A DNA stretch of 60,438 nucleotides from NCBI GenBank assembly GCA_945919165.1, contig CAMEIZ010000001.1, positions 1 through 60,438 of the forward strand. Reading direction: 5' to 3'. Positions 59,825 to 60,438 of the stretch are shown here, piece by piece. The position numbers and the translations under genes are program-made. The notes under the pieces were generated by a model. That model was not told the DNA's origin. It saw nothing but the letters and a program-made list of their open reading frames with translations, and searched no databases. The DNA is from an uncultured Traorella sp. Its GTDB lineage: Bacteria; Bacillota_I; Bacilli_A; Erysipelotrichales; Erysipelotrichaceae. Position 1 is the stretch's first letter, and each line of letters begins with the position of its first letter.

Positions 59825-60373
59825 TTGATGAAAGTACTCATTCAGCTTTATGTTGCTTGGTTTAAAATGGGGCTGTTTACTTTTGGCGGCGGATATGCCA
59901 TGCTGCCAATGATTCAAAAAGAAGTCATTGAAAAATATCATTGGGCAACAGAAGATGAAATCATGGATTATTATGCAATTGGTCAATGTACACCAGGTAT
60001 TATTGCGGTGAATACGGCCACATTTGTTGGTTATTATCAAAAAGGAATCATTGGAGGGATTGTCGCAACACTTGGTGTGGTTAGTCCGTCTTTTATCATT
60101 ATTTCACTGATTGCATCATTAATTTCTAATTTTGCGGAACTGGAAATAGTTCAGCATGCACTTATGGGCATTAATGTTGCCGTATGTATGCTGATGATAA
60201 ATGCTATTATGAATCTATGGAAGAAAAGTATTAAAAACATTGCAGCTTTCTGTATTTTTGCATTGGCATTAGTGCTTTCACTGTTTACAGGACTTTCTAC
60301 AGTATGGATGGTTATTATCTCAGGTATTCTGGGTGTCATATTAAGTAAAGCGGGGTGGCTGAAACATGATTGA
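59825..60373 (+). CDS. Short-chain chromate transporter subunit 1
   Basis: FTFGGGYAM, GQCTPG..AVN.ATFVGY. Confidence 0.92.
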   Translation: MMKVLIQLYVAWFKMGLFTFGGGYAMLPMIQKEVIEKYHWATEDEIMDYYAIGQCTPGIIAVNTATFVGYYQKGIIGGIVATLGVVSPSFIIISLIASLISNFAELEIVQHALMGINVAVCMLMINAIMNLWKKSIKNIAAFCIFALALVLSLFTGLSTVWMVIISGILGVILSKAGWLKHD

Positions 60374-60438
60374 GCTGTTACAGATTGCATGGGAATTCTT
60401 TAAAACAGGTTTATTTGCTGTTGGCGGAGGTTTGGCAA
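60366..60438 (+). CDS. Short-chain chromate transporter subunit 2 (partial)
   Basis: Manual translation MIELLQIAWEFFKTGLFAVGGGLA, overlapping the previous stop. Confidence 0.85.
   Translation, partial: MIELLQIAWEFFKTGLFAVGGGLA

Noticed and set aside
1-60438. rRNA, tRNA, CRISPR arrays, integrases, transposases, prophage genes
   Set aside because: None recognised on reading; a covariance-model scan would be needed to exclude small RNAs

Overview
Low-GC Firmicute chromosome segment spanning the replication origin, most likely Erysipelotrichaceae-like (inferred from protein style and gene content). Left arm, mostly minus strand: mutS (5' part), a degenerate PTS EIICB divergent from ftsW/rodA, nadK, recR-ebfC-dnaX-tadA, a small SRP RNA, serS with a T-box, gyrA-gyrB-recF-yaaA-dnaN-dnaA, two parS sites and a bipartite oriC made of variant (TTCCACA-core) DnaA boxes. 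Right arm: rpmH, an apparently leaderless B12 radical SAM gene inserted before rnpA-yidC-jag, a DUF6323/DUF6179-like pair, nadE, a cellobiose-type PTS/GH1 operon with a LicR-like regulator, divergent threonine biosynthesis operons with ThrR and tandem operators, pth-mfd-spoVT-yabO-(C69 peptidase, acetyltransferase)-yabP-yabQ-divIC, an HNH nuclease/P-loop kinase operon divergent from an apparently inactive nuclease-fold protein, then ASCH, HD, threonine aldolase, PfkB and chromate transporter genes. No rRNA, tRNA, CRISPR array or intact transposase was seen. Best candidates for undescribed systems: the HNH/kinase/dead-nuclease locus, the radical SAM-rnpA coupling and the intact but catalytically stripped PTS permease paired with a SEDS gene. 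All family assignments come from motif recognition; no searches were run.
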